Of a stretch of DNA of 64,000 nucleotides, positions 18,156-27,656 are shown piece after piece. Location: the NCBI GenBank assembly GCA_035374585.1, contig DAOSPF010000003.1, forward strand, positions 2,746-66,745, in the 5' to 3' direction. A program made the translations under genes and the position numbers. Origin of the DNA: Bacteroidales bacterium (GTDB taxonomy: Bacteria > Bacteroidota > Bacteroidia > Bacteroidales > DTGW01). Position 1 is the first letter of the stretch. Every line of letters starts with the position of its first letter. A model generated the notes under the pieces. It ran no database searches. It was not told the DNA's origin and saw nothing but the letters and a program-made list of their open reading frames with translations.

Positions 18156-20366
18156 TTGAAGCAAAGCCAAAATATTTTATTAAGCAGGATTGATGCGATT
18201 GGAGATGTTGTACTTTCATTGCCCGTTGCTGGCATTTTAAAAAACCTTTTCCCGGATTGTACCATCTTTTTTTTGGGTCAGACATATACAAAAGATGTTA
18301 TTAAAACATGCCAATATATTGATAATTTCATTGATTGGAACCAAATAAAAGACCTAAACCCTAAAACTCAAATTGATTTTTTCAGAAAACTCAACATTGA
18401 TGTTGCCATACATATTTATCCAAACTTTTTCATTTCATGGATTCTCAAGTCTGCCGGCATCCCTATCAGAATTGGGACAAGCAGAAGATGGTACCATCAG
18501 CTTTTTTGCAACAAAAAAATATCTTTTAGCCGACGCTCTTCAAACCTGCACGAGGTAATGCTCAACCTGAAACTACTTATTCCTTTCGATCTGGGAAAAA
18601 CAATAAACTACGAAACCCTTTCAATCATAAATGGCATAATACCTCCAACTATACCAGATGAATTAAATTCGCTGCTGGACAAAAACCGTTTTAACCTTAT
18701 CATCCATCCAAAATCTAAAGGACATGGAAAAGAATGGGGCATTGAAAATTATGCAAAACTGTTAGGCCTGCTCGATAATTCAAGGTTTAATTTTTTTGTA
18801 ACAGGAACACTGGATGAAAAAAAAGAAATCCAGCAAGAAATACTAAACAAATACCCACAAGCGATAGACTTAGTTGGCAAACTCTCATTGGACGAGCTTA
18901 TTGGCTTTATTTCAAGGGCAGACGGGTTAGTAGCTTCCGGAACCGGGCCTCTGCATTTAGCTGCTGCTACCGGAATTCATGCCATTGGGCTTTTCCCTCC
19001 AATAAGACCGGTCTTTTCGAGAAGGTGGGCACCTGTTGGGGTAAATGCAAAAGCTTTTGAAGCAAAAAAAATATGCGTAAAATGCAAAAAAAACGCTAAA
19101 TGCGATTGCCTTAGGCTTTTTAAACCAGAAATTGTTGCAGAATACCTTAACACTCTACATAAACCTTCGCAGAAAAAACAACTGGAAGCCAATATTTTTA
19201 AACCTTCAGCACTTGATTGGGAGCAATTCAGGATACAACAGGCCCAAAAATTTGAAAATTTTGTAAGTGACAAAAAAACTAAAGTATTTACTTCAACAAA
19301 TCAGATTTTCAAAAAGAATAGAATTATTGTTTCGGTAGATAAAATAAACAAGCCTAATTGCGGACTTGGAAGAGTAGCTATTGATTTTAGCAAAGCGTTG
19401 ATTAATGAAAAAAAAGAAAACTGTTACTTTTCGTTCATCCTTACCGGAAACAATTCGTACGATTACTTTAGGGACCAGGACATAAAAAGGTTTAAGTTCA
19501 TCCACCGCTTTTTCAAGGCCGATTTTGGAGAGTATGACGTAGCCCACTATTTACACCAAACCCCGTCATTCAAAATCAAGGGAGCCAAAAAAACAATATT
19601 GACCATCCATGATTTGAATTTTTTATATACCAAAAGCAACATTAAAGCTAACAGATATTTAAAGCATATCCAACGAAATGTTGATAAAGCAGATGCTATA
19701 GTTTTTATTTCAAATTTTACCAAAGAAATTTGTTTTCAACACCTTCAAATCTCGCCCGAAAAAATCACAAGAGTTATTTACAACGGAGTAAACCTGCCTA
19801 AAACTATCCCGATAAAACCGCCATTCATTAATGGGACAACATTTATTTTTTCTATTGGACAATTTCTGGCTAAAAAAAATTTTCACACCCTAATTCCCTT
19901 TATCAAACTTTTCCCATCTAATATTCAACTTGTCATTGCCGGAGAAAAAGACACATCGTATGGCAACTACGTCCGAAAACTAATCAGTGACTACAACCTT
20001 CAAAACCAGGTAATCCTCCCCGGTTCTGTTTCGGAGGCTGAGAAACTTTATTTATATCAAAATTGCGAAGCATTTGTTTTCCCCTCTTTAGCCGAAGGCT
20101 TTGGACTACCTGTTATAGAAGCAATGCGGGCAGAAAAACCAGTATTTTGCTCTGACAAAACCAGCTTAAAAGAAATTGGCAATGGCCATGTTTTTTTCTG
20201 GGAATCGTTTGACCCGCAACAAATGTTTATGACCTTCCAGAATGGCATGAAATCCTTTGACGAAGCTAAAAAAAAATCGGCATACGAATATAGCATGAAG
20301 TTTACCTGGGAAGAAAATGCTCGTCAATACCTTTCTCTATACCATTTATTTACTGAAAATGAATAA
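18156..20366 (+). CDS. fusion protein: GT9 (heptosyltransferase-like) N-terminal half plus GT4/GT1-type glycosyltransferase C-terminal half
   Basis: 736 aa. The N-terminus LLSRIDAIGDVVLSLP and GTGPLHLAAATG are GT9-like. The C-terminal EGFGLPVIEAM is the GT4 E-x7-E region. TTG start as in the track, so the start is uncertain. Confidence 0.8.
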   Translation: MKQSQNILLSRIDAIGDVVLSLPVAGILKNLFPDCTIFFLGQTYTKDVIKTCQYIDNFIDWNQIKDLNPKTQIDFFRKLNIDVAIHIYPNFFISWILKSAGIPIRIGTSRRWYHQLFCNKKISFSRRSSNLHEVMLNLKLLIPFDLGKTINYETLSIINGIIPPTIPDELNSLLDKNRFNLIIHPKSKGHGKEWGIENYAKLLGLLDNSRFNFFVTGTLDEKKEIQQEILNKYPQAIDLVGKLSLDELIGFISRADGLVASGTGPLHLAAATGIHAIGLFPPIRPVFSRRWAPVGVNAKAFEAKKICVKCKKNAKCDCLRLFKPEIVAEYLNTLHKPSQKKQLEANIFKPSALDWEQFRIQQAQKFENFVSDKKTKVFTSTNQIFKKNRIIVSVDKINKPNCGLGRVAIDFSKALINEKKENCYFSFILTGNNSYDYFRDQDIKRFKFIHRFFKADFGEYDVAHYLHQTPSFKIKGAKKTILTIHDLNFLYTKSNIKANRYLKHIQRNVDKADAIVFISNFTKEICFQHLQISPEKITRVIYNGVNLPKTIPIKPPFINGTTFIFSIGQFLAKKNFHTLIPFIKLFPSNIQLVIAGEKDTSYGNYVRKLISDYNLQNQVILPGSVSEAEKLYLYQNCEAFVFPSLAEGFGLPVIEAMRAEKPVFCSDKTSLKEIGNGHVFFWESFDPQQMFMTFQNGMKSFDEAKKKSAYEYSMKFTWEENARQYLSLYHLFTENE

Positions 20367-21387
20367 GATATTCATTTATTGCCCGGGTAATATAATAAGT
20401 GGGGGAACAAACAGTTTGCACATTTTGTGCAAAGCTTTAGAAAAAAATGGCTTTGAAGCAGGGATGTACTATATCAACCCGGTTGAAAAGATTATTAACA
20501 GTGATATTGTCCGTTCTTTCCAAACCACTTCATTTGGCCCTCCAAAAGACCTCGAACAAAATATTATTATTGTCCCCGAAACAATGGTGGGGTATCTAAA
20601 ACAATTTAACAATGCCCAAAAGATAGTTTATTGGTTGTCCTCTGTTTACTTTTTTAAAAACCCTCCTTTTAAATTTCCATTCAATATAAAAATTTTCCGA
20701 AAACCCATCTATCTGGATTGGTACACCTATCAATCACAAAGCTTGTCAAGCCGTTTGCGGGTCAGACTTCTAAAATGGGCCAAAAAAGACAGTCAAATAT
20801 GGCAAAATTCATACCACCATATTACAAACTCTTTTTTTATCTCAGACTTTCTTTCATTTTTGGGTATCCCGCAAACATTTGTCTTACACAATCCTGTAAG
20901 AGATGAGTTTTACCAGCCCCTTGCAAACACACCCAAACAAAAATTAATACTTGTTGGCCCCAAAACCCCAAAAAATATATTATATATTATAAAGAAAAGA
21001 TTTCCAGGATTTCAGGTATTACAAGCAAAAAAAATCCCTCCCGAAGAAATGTTCCTGCTTTATCAAAAAAGCATTTTATTTATTGAGCTTGGGCACTCAA
21101 ACCGCGACCGATGTATCAGGGAAGCCGCCCTGAGAGGTTGTATAATTTTAGTTAGCAACTCGGGAGGCAATAAAAACCAACACGACACCCCTATAGCTGA
21201 TTATTACAAAATAAATACAAGCAAAAAATACAATAATTTACTCCTTAATAAGATCGACGAGATAATAAAAAATTATGACAAACATCTTGCAAACTTTGAA
21301 CATTTCAGGACTTTCCTTTTAGAAGAAAAAAAACAATTTGAGAAAAGGGCTCTATTGATTTTTGAGCAAATAACAAGCAAAAATTAA
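20359..21387 (+). CDS. hypothetical protein in LPS cluster (possible glycosyltransferase-like fold)
   Basis: Start moved to MNKIFIYCPGN. ATG 20359 overlaps the upstream stop 20364-20366 (ATGAATAA). No diagnostic motif. Confidence 0.6.
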   Translation: MNKIFIYCPGNIISGGTNSLHILCKALEKNGFEAGMYYINPVEKIINSDIVRSFQTTSFGPPKDLEQNIIIVPETMVGYLKQFNNAQKIVYWLSSVYFFKNPPFKFPFNIKIFRKPIYLDWYTYQSQSLSSRLRVRLLKWAKKDSQIWQNSYHHITNSFFISDFLSFLGIPQTFVLHNPVRDEFYQPLANTPKQKLILVGPKTPKNILYIIKKRFPGFQVLQAKKIPPEEMFLLYQKSILFIELGHSNRDRCIREAALRGCIILVSNSGGNKNQHDTPIADYYKINTSKKYNNLLLNKIDEIIKNYDKHLANFEHFRTFLLEEKKQFEKRALLIFEQITSKN

Positions 21388-22793
21388 AATTTCTTTTTAG
21401 CGCAAACACCCAAAGCAAAGCTATTTCCCAAAAAGGCTCCTTTATCCCAACCAACACAAAGCTGGACATGCAAGTCTTTCAATGAAGGAATATCTCTGCC
21501 AACTTTAAACATCATTGAATGTTGGCCTTTTTCCCCTATCGGAACGCTATATGTACCTTTATTAATCGAATAAGAATATTTTAATTCACACTGCAAATGA
21601 TTATATTCATATAAACCTGCAAAATAAAATGCCAATACCCTGTTATTGGTGACAATATTACTATCTTTTTCATTAATAGCCGGAGATGTTATAAATGGCG
21701 TACCAATGGTATTACCTTTATAAGTCCATGATTGATAAATATAATTATTAAAATAATTGTCATTGCCAGCTTTAGGGTTCCAAAACGGAATAGGGACATC
21801 AGTCACCCAAACCAATTCAATAGGGCCACTTTGATAGGTCGTTTTTGTAAACTCAAGTACGACCTCTTTTAAATGAGCTGTTTCATCATTATTCTTAAAT
21901 GTCAGGCCATATAATCCGTCTCCTTGAGGTGAGATAAATTTACTACCAGATTTATCTTCAAAGATTGTTTGATAATACAACCCAACAGTCTTGTTTTTAA
22001 AGTCATAATCAAGCCCATATTGTCTTGACCCCATGTGATTGCCAACCTGGTTAAAAGACTCGCTTTGTACAACATTTGCCCCTGGAGGGTTTTTGGCAAA
22101 AAATAAATATACAAAGTCTTTCAACGAACTGGGTTGCCTGCCTAATGTTGAAGAAACGCCTCCCCACTGTAGAGCATGATGGTACCCATAATTGAAATGC
22201 AATGGCTTCTTTCCTCCAAACCTGATATTAACATACTTATAATGAATATATGAATCTCTAACCCATCGGTTTTCATTCTCAGCCCATCCATGCGTAACCT
22301 CGCCTTTTATTTCAACATAACCTTTGGTAAAAGGCACAAAAGTATATTTATCTATGCCAAGCGAAACTTTAGGATATGGTCTGGCATTAGAAGAAAACAA
22401 AACTGAACCACTCGACAATTCGGATGTCTGGTTGCCATATACCTGTCTATAAAGCCCACCTTTGAATATAATACAAAAAGCCCGAAAAGTTGCATAAAGT
22501 TGGTTGAACTGCAAATTATTACTTTTATCCCTGATTCCATACAAATCCATGCCATAATTAACCTCAAATTTCTTTTCCCTGTTTTCTTCTGTACCCATCA
22601 AAACACGGGCATACAAACAATTTTTATTATTGTTAAATACCCCAAATTGATTACTGTACAACCAAAAAGGGGCATTTTCTCCATTTGACACAAAACCGCC
22701 AGTTTCACCATATACAAATGGTTTCTCAATCATTTGCCCAAAAACTATTATACTTTGAGAAAGAAAAAGTAGAAAAAAGAAAATGTTTTTCAT
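21384..22793 (-). CDS. outer-membrane protein, capsule-assembly Wzi-like
   Basis: 469 aa. Signal peptide, aromatic-rich beta-barrel-like composition ending in F, and an APFWLYSNQFG motif that I recall from Wzi-family proteins. Confidence 0.5.
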   Translation of the reverse strand: MKNIFFFLLFLSQSIIVFGQMIEKPFVYGETGGFVSNGENAPFWLYSNQFGVFNNNKNCLYARVLMGTEENREKKFEVNYGMDLYGIRDKSNNLQFNQLYATFRAFCIIFKGGLYRQVYGNQTSELSSGSVLFSSNARPYPKVSLGIDKYTFVPFTKGYVEIKGEVTHGWAENENRWVRDSYIHYKYVNIRFGGKKPLHFNYGYHHALQWGGVSSTLGRQPSSLKDFVYLFFAKNPPGANVVQSESFNQVGNHMGSRQYGLDYDFKNKTVGLYYQTIFEDKSGSKFISPQGDGLYGLTFKNNDETAHLKEVVLEFTKTTYQSGPIELVWVTDVPIPFWNPKAGNDNYFNNYIYQSWTYKGNTIGTPFITSPAINEKDSNIVTNNRVLAFYFAGLYEYNHLQCELKYSYSINKGTYSVPIGEKGQHSMMFKVGRDIPSLKDLHVQLCVGWDKGAFLGNSFALGVCAKKKF

Positions 22794-23122
22794 CCGTAAA
22801 TAACTTTTTTTAATAAGGTCGGATGAACCCCGAAAGGCTCTCCGAAGAAAAACTCGTCCCGATTAGTCGGTATTCATCTTTGTTTGTGTTTAACGAATCA
22901 TGCTCGTTTCATCATAATAAATTTTATTATTTAGGGAATGACCGCTTGCTCCAACAAATAAATATCATTGTATTTTTATTTGCCAACAATCATGAGAGTT
23001 TCATCAACCCAAACCCATCAAGGCACAAAAGTATGGTATTTTATCTTATCGCTTTCCTTTTTAATTTTTTTTAATTTCATTTTTTTCTTAACTTGCATCT
23101 ATAACCCCAAACTTCAAAAAAT

Positions 23123-24988
23123 ATGAAAAAATCACTATTGCTACTGGCATTAGCCGGTATTTATTGTATTGTATCAGGCCAATACTCTTTTATCCAGGAT
23201 TTCAAAAATGGCACGCAGCCAGAAACAGGCTGGGTAATACATGTTGGAGGCACATACAACTCAGAGCCTAACTCGGGAAAAGCCATCCCTTCGTTAATGT
23301 TTTCGGCCAACAACCAATATATAGAAACTCCATCATTTAAAGGGCAACACAGCTTATCCTTCTGGATGAAAGGAAATAAAACAGACTCTGCATCAACAAT
23401 GCAAGTCCTTATTTTTTGTAATAACAATTGGTACCTTGCTCACAAAATATCGCAAATCTCCCAAACAGGTGCTAATTATTCCTTTATGTTACCAGATACA
23501 GCAGAAAAGTTGAAGTTTGAATATAAAAAAAGCGCCGGGAATGTAGCCTTAGATGACATAGTATTATTCGCCAAAAACTTATTTCCAGAAATCACCTATA
23601 TCAGGCTTACAGAAAATAATGACGTTGCAGCTTTAATTAATATCAAAACAAACAACATCGGAAAAATAACCTATTTGGTAACATCGAAAGATGAACCCTC
23701 ACCCAATGCGGCACAAATAGCAGACACCTCTCTGTACAGCGGAAAAATATTAGATTATGGAAAAACAGATATTACAAAACCAGATTCGACAAGTATAGTA
23801 CTACAATGTTTACCATCAAACAGCAATTTGAAAGCTTTCTTCATTGTTGCAGATTTAAAAGACTCGTTCAGCATTGAACAACAGCCGGTGAAACTGGGAA
23901 TAAACACACCAGAACGCAACAGATACCCATTTTTTAAAGGCATTTATAAAGGTGATGCCAGCGCCGAAAAAGCTATACAAATATTTAACCCCACTAAAGA
24001 AACTATAAACCTTACCAATTATAGAATTTTAGTAGCTACTAATGGCAAAGGCTGGGGCTTTGATTACTATTTTGAAAATGGCAAAAGTATAAAACCAGGC
24101 TCTACTTACCTCATAGTAAATGCTGGAGCTGAATTTATAGACATTGATAAAGCTGACGAAATCACTACTTCTGTTTTATGCAAATTCAGCGGAAATGACG
24201 CATTGGCCTTGCAAAAAAAATTTGACAATTCAAATGCCTGGTATATTATTGATATATTTGGCAACCCATATTCAAGCGCAAACTTCAATATAGCAGGTAA
24301 AAAATCGGCGGCAAATAAATACAATGCCATCAGAAAAGATTCTGTTGATACTGGAAATGTAAACTGGTCTGTTTCTGCAGGAAATACTGAAGGAGACAGT
24401 GAATGGGAACTCATTGCCCTTAGTGATTTTGGATTATTGCCCATTGTTTTGCCCCCATATATGCCAAAACTAAGCTTCATAGATATCTCAATTGATGGAA
24501 TTGCAGCCCAATCAATTGATTCCATTAACTACACAATAACTTTTAGCACAAACGGGACTGTAAATGATTTAAAACTAAACTATCGACTTGACTCTGCAGC
24601 ATTGATAGAGCCATTGCCCGATTCTATCAGAGATTATTCGCAGCCCGTCATTTACAGCATATTTTCAAAAGAAAGTGAAGACACTGTAAAATGGAAGATA
24701 ATAGTAAATGGAAACAAAAATATCATTACTAATATTACCAATGAAAAACCTTTTATTTATTATAATCAACAAAACAAAACGATTGTTATCAAACAAACTT
24801 CTAATGAAAATTTCAGCTATGCCATTATTTACAATAGCTCAGGACAGGTAATAAAAAAAGCAAAATTAAACTTCGAAAATAATTTTATCAATATACCCAA
24901 GCTCCCTTCTGGTTTATATGTTATTAAGCTATTAAAAAACAATGCAAAATACAGCAAATCAACAACTATTAACATTTTTAGGCGATAA
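23123..24988 (+). CDS. T9SS-secreted protein: MAM/choice-of-anchor-J-like N-terminal domain, lamin-tail domain, T9SS C-terminal sorting domain
   Basis: 621 aa. Signal peptide. The region ending in VALDDIVLF looks MAM-like. IQIFNPTKETINLTNYRILV is a lamin-tail-domain-type motif. The C-terminal SGLYVIKLLKNN...INIFRR resembles a Por secretion tail. Confidence 0.7.
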   Translation: MKKSLLLLALAGIYCIVSGQYSFIQDFKNGTQPETGWVIHVGGTYNSEPNSGKAIPSLMFSANNQYIETPSFKGQHSLSFWMKGNKTDSASTMQVLIFCNNNWYLAHKISQISQTGANYSFMLPDTAEKLKFEYKKSAGNVALDDIVLFAKNLFPEITYIRLTENNDVAALINIKTNNIGKITYLVTSKDEPSPNAAQIADTSLYSGKILDYGKTDITKPDSTSIVLQCLPSNSNLKAFFIVADLKDSFSIEQQPVKLGINTPERNRYPFFKGIYKGDASAEKAIQIFNPTKETINLTNYRILVATNGKGWGFDYYFENGKSIKPGSTYLIVNAGAEFIDIDKADEITTSVLCKFSGNDALALQKKFDNSNAWYIIDIFGNPYSSANFNIAGKKSAANKYNAIRKDSVDTGNVNWSVSAGNTEGDSEWELIALSDFGLLPIVLPPYMPKLSFIDISIDGIAAQSIDSINYTITFSTNGTVNDLKLNYRLDSAALIEPLPDSIRDYSQPVIYSIFSKESEDTVKWKIIVNGNKNIITNITNEKPFIYYNQQNKTIVIKQTSNENFSYAIIYNSSGQVIKKAKLNFENNFINIPKLPSGLYVIKLLKNNAKYSKSTTINIFRR

Positions 24989-25004
24989 GAAATTTTTATC
25001 TTAA

Positions 25005-25032
25005 AAAATCTTGTATATATGTTAAGATTTTT
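25005..25032 (+). terminator. hairpin after the LTD protein gene
   Basis: AAAATCTT-N11-AAGATTTT followed by T residues. Confidence 0.4.
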
Positions 25033-25106
25033 ATTGTTTTGCTTTTTGTATTTTCAAAAGAATTATAATTTTACATTAATTGACTTTTTACCAATTAAAA
25101 GGTAGT

Positions 25107-25114
25107 TAAATTTG
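25107..25114 (+). promoter_or_regulatory. candidate -7 box TAAATTTG for the small lipoprotein ORF
   Basis: TAnnTTTG match 37 nt upstream of ATG 25151. Confidence 0.4.
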
Positions 25115-25150
25115 CTAAACAAAAGAATACTAATAAATTAAACATCCGAT

Positions 25151-25279
25151 ATGAAAAAAATTATTTACCTGGGAATAATAGTTGTTATTGCCTTATGTGT
25201 AGCCAGTTGCAAAAGTAGTAAAAAATGCCCTGCTTATAGCTTCCAAAAAGCCAATACAGAACAGGTTGTAAAAGCTTAA
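25151..25279 (+). CDS. small predicted lipoprotein (42 aa), below the ORF-track length cutoff
   Basis: My own translation: MKKIIYLGIIVVIALCVASCKSSKKCPAYSFQKANTEQVVKA. Hydrophobic signal peptide plus lipobox VASC. Flanked by its own -7 box and a strong downstream hairpin. Confidence 0.5.
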   Translation: MKKIIYLGIIVVIALCVASCKSSKKCPAYSFQKANTEQVVKA

Positions 25280-25299
25280 TATTACAGTCGTTTGCAAGG

Positions 25300-25339
25300 A
25301 AGTTGTTTTCTGGATAATATCTTGAAAACAACTTTTTTT
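25300..25339. terminator. bidirectional terminator
   Basis: AAGTTGTTTTC-N13-GAAAACAACTT followed by TTTTTTT. It abuts the stop codon of the minus-strand gene at 25338. Confidence 0.6.
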
Positions 25340-26903
25340 ATGCTTGTTTCAAAAAATTTACAACAGCGTTAGCAACATTTTGTCCGTCTATAGCTGATGA
25401 GGTTATTCCTCCGGCATAACCAGCGCCCTCGCCACAAGGGAACAAGCCTTTTATCTGAACATGCTGCATGTTTTCCTGATTACGGGGAATACGAACCGAA
25501 GACGATGTACGGGATTCAACTCCAAGAACTACAGCCTCAGCAGTAACAAAGCCATGCATAAGATTGTCAAAACGTTTAAAGCCCTCCTTTAATGAACTTC
25601 CAACAAAACCAGGAAGCCACATATGCACCGGAGAGGATACACATCCCGGGAAATATGATATTTGGGGTAAAGATCCTGAAATTTTACCTTTAATAAAATC
25701 AGTCAACCGCTGAGCTGGTGCAGTTTGCTGCCTTCCTCCGTTTTGCCAGGCCATATTTTCTAATTGTTCCTGGAAATACAAACCTGCTAAAGGCCCATAT
25801 TTGGCAAACTCCTTGAGGTCTTCAAGGCGAACTTCTGTAACAATGCCAGAATTAGCATAAGGTGAGTTACGTTTTGAAGGTGACATGCCATTTACAACCA
25901 CCTGGGTGTTTGTTGTGGCTGATGGTACAATAAACCCTCCGGGGCACATGCAAAACGAAAATACACCCCTGCCATTCGCCTGGCATACTAATGAATAAGA
26001 AGCAGCAGGAAGGTTTTCACCTCGCTTCAACCCATGATACTGGATATTGTCAATAAGCTCCTGCAGATGCTCTACCCTAACCCCTACAGCAAAAGGCTTT
26101 GCTTCCAATGCAATATGTTGTTCGTGCAACATCTGGTAAACATCCCTGGCCGAATGGCCTGTAGCCAACACTACAGCCTGCGCCTCGACTTTGTCTCCAT
26201 TATGCAACTGAACACCTTTTATTTCTTCGTCTTCAATAAGTAGTTGTGTTATTTTTCGTTCAAAATAAAACTCTCCGCCAGCTGCTATTATCGTTTGACG
26301 AATGTTTTTGATGATTTCAGGCAACTTATCTGTTCCCAGATGAGGATGGGCCTCGTACATAATGCTTTCTGGAGCCCCATGCCGAACAAACACGTCCAGG
26401 ACGTCTTTAATATTGCCGCGTTTAGAAGAACGGGTGTAAAGCTTGCCATCAGAAAAAGTACCAGCGCCACCTTCGCCAAAGCAATAGTTTGACTCAGCAT
26501 TAACCTCCTCGTTTCGGCTAATCAGGGCTATATCTTTTTTGCGTTCGCTAACCTCTTTTCCCCTTTCGAAAATCAAAGGTCGAAAACCATGTTCTATAAG
26601 CTTTAAAGCTGCAAATAACCCGGCAGGGCCAGTACCAACAATAATTATCGGTTTGGCATGATCAACTTTTTTATAAATTTTAGGCTGTATATCCTCTTTA
26701 GGCGGCTGTTCATCAATAAAAACAAGGAGTGTATAATTTACCAAAATTGGCCTGCGACGGGCATCCAACGATTTTTTTTCAATTTTAATATGCTTAATCC
26801 GCTCTATATTGATCTGAAGCTGTTCTGCTACGACAGGGCATAAACAATTAAAGCTATCATCAGTTTTTTGGGCATTTAATTTTAAGCTAACCTGCTGCTG
26901 CAT
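25338..26903 (-). CDS. NAD(P)/FAD-dependent oxidoreductase (COG2509-like)
   Basis: 521 aa. Dinucleotide-binding motif IIVGTGPAGLFAA. Confidence 0.8.
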   Translation of the reverse strand: MQQQVSLKLNAQKTDDSFNCLCPVVAEQLQINIERIKHIKIEKKSLDARRRPILVNYTLLVFIDEQPPKEDIQPKIYKKVDHAKPIIIVGTGPAGLFAALKLIEHGFRPLIFERGKEVSERKKDIALISRNEEVNAESNYCFGEGGAGTFSDGKLYTRSSKRGNIKDVLDVFVRHGAPESIMYEAHPHLGTDKLPEIIKNIRQTIIAAGGEFYFERKITQLLIEDEEIKGVQLHNGDKVEAQAVVLATGHSARDVYQMLHEQHIALEAKPFAVGVRVEHLQELIDNIQYHGLKRGENLPAASYSLVCQANGRGVFSFCMCPGGFIVPSATTNTQVVVNGMSPSKRNSPYANSGIVTEVRLEDLKEFAKYGPLAGLYFQEQLENMAWQNGGRQQTAPAQRLTDFIKGKISGSLPQISYFPGCVSSPVHMWLPGFVGSSLKEGFKRFDNLMHGFVTAEAVVLGVESRTSSSVRIPRNQENMQHVQIKGLFPCGEGAGYAGGITSSAIDGQNVANAVVNFLKQA

Positions 26904-26906
26904 GGG

Positions 26907-27641
26907 CTATTCAAAATGAAAAGAAATCATCAGTATATTGGAATTGAGCTTTCGGATAGAGTTCACGTAAACAGCATTTTCCTTGATATTCTCATTTGTC
27001 TTGTGATTGAGAATATCTGTCAAGCCCAAAGAGAGTTTTATTTCTGTAGAAAATTTGAAATATTCTAAATAAAAATCCACCCCAAAACCCATTTCTAAAT
27101 AGAAATCCAGAGGTTTTAACAAAACATAAGGATGCTTATCATCAAATTTTGATTTTGAAGCTAAGTCGTAACGCACGCTTCCACCGGCAATAAAATAAGG
27201 CCTGGTATTGTTCAATCGCATAGCCTTGTATTTGATAAGTATTGGAAGGTCAAGCATGCTGGATTCAAGCTTAACTTCTTGCATCTTTGTATCAACCTTA
27301 TATACTGATTTACCTGAAAAATATTGAAGTGTACGTTGTCCAAAATTAAAACTTGGCAGGCAGCGCAAATTGAAATATTCGCCTAACCTCAAATCAGAAA
27401 TCATTCCTACTTGAAACCCCAAGCCTAAGCCAAGCTGATCAGCATAATAATTTTCATTTAGCCCATTGTAATTGCGGCCAAAAGTAAAATCCATCACATT
27501 GAGGCCCATAGTATAACCAAAGTGCAGAGGTTTGTCATCGTACTCGGGGTTATGTTTATATTTGCTTTTCTGCCCCCATCCTAAAATCTGACAACAAACC
27601 ACAAGAATGAAAAATAATATGTATTTTTTATAAGCTTGCAT
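26907..27641 (-). CDS. porT: PorT-family outer-membrane beta-barrel protein (T9SS-associated)
   Basis: 244 aa. Signal peptide, alternating beta-strand pattern, C-terminal aromatic residue. Size and position next to ubiE match what I recall for PorT. Confidence 0.55.
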   Translation of the reverse strand: MQAYKKYILFFILVVCCQILGWGQKSKYKHNPEYDDKPLHFGYTMGLNVMDFTFGRNYNGLNENYYADQLGLGLGFQVGMISDLRLGEYFNLRCLPSFNFGQRTLQYFSGKSVYKVDTKMQEVKLESSMLDLPILIKYKAMRLNNTRPYFIAGGSVRYDLASKSKFDDKHPYVLLKPLDFYLEMGFGVDFYLEYFKFSTEIKLSLGLTDILNHKTNENIKENAVYVNSIRKLNSNILMISFHFE

Positions 27642-27656
27642 TCAGTTTACAACATA

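Noticed and set aside
22822-23074. A GC-rich patch (22822-22878) with possible helices (GATGAA/TTCATC, CCGA-TTAG-TCGG and a GAAA loop), and the 83-aa ORF starting in it.
   Set aside because: The helices are only 2-6 bp and I could not build a convincing fold or match a known riboswitch. The ORF has no signal, no motif and an odd composition. I kept only the downstream direct repeats as a finding.
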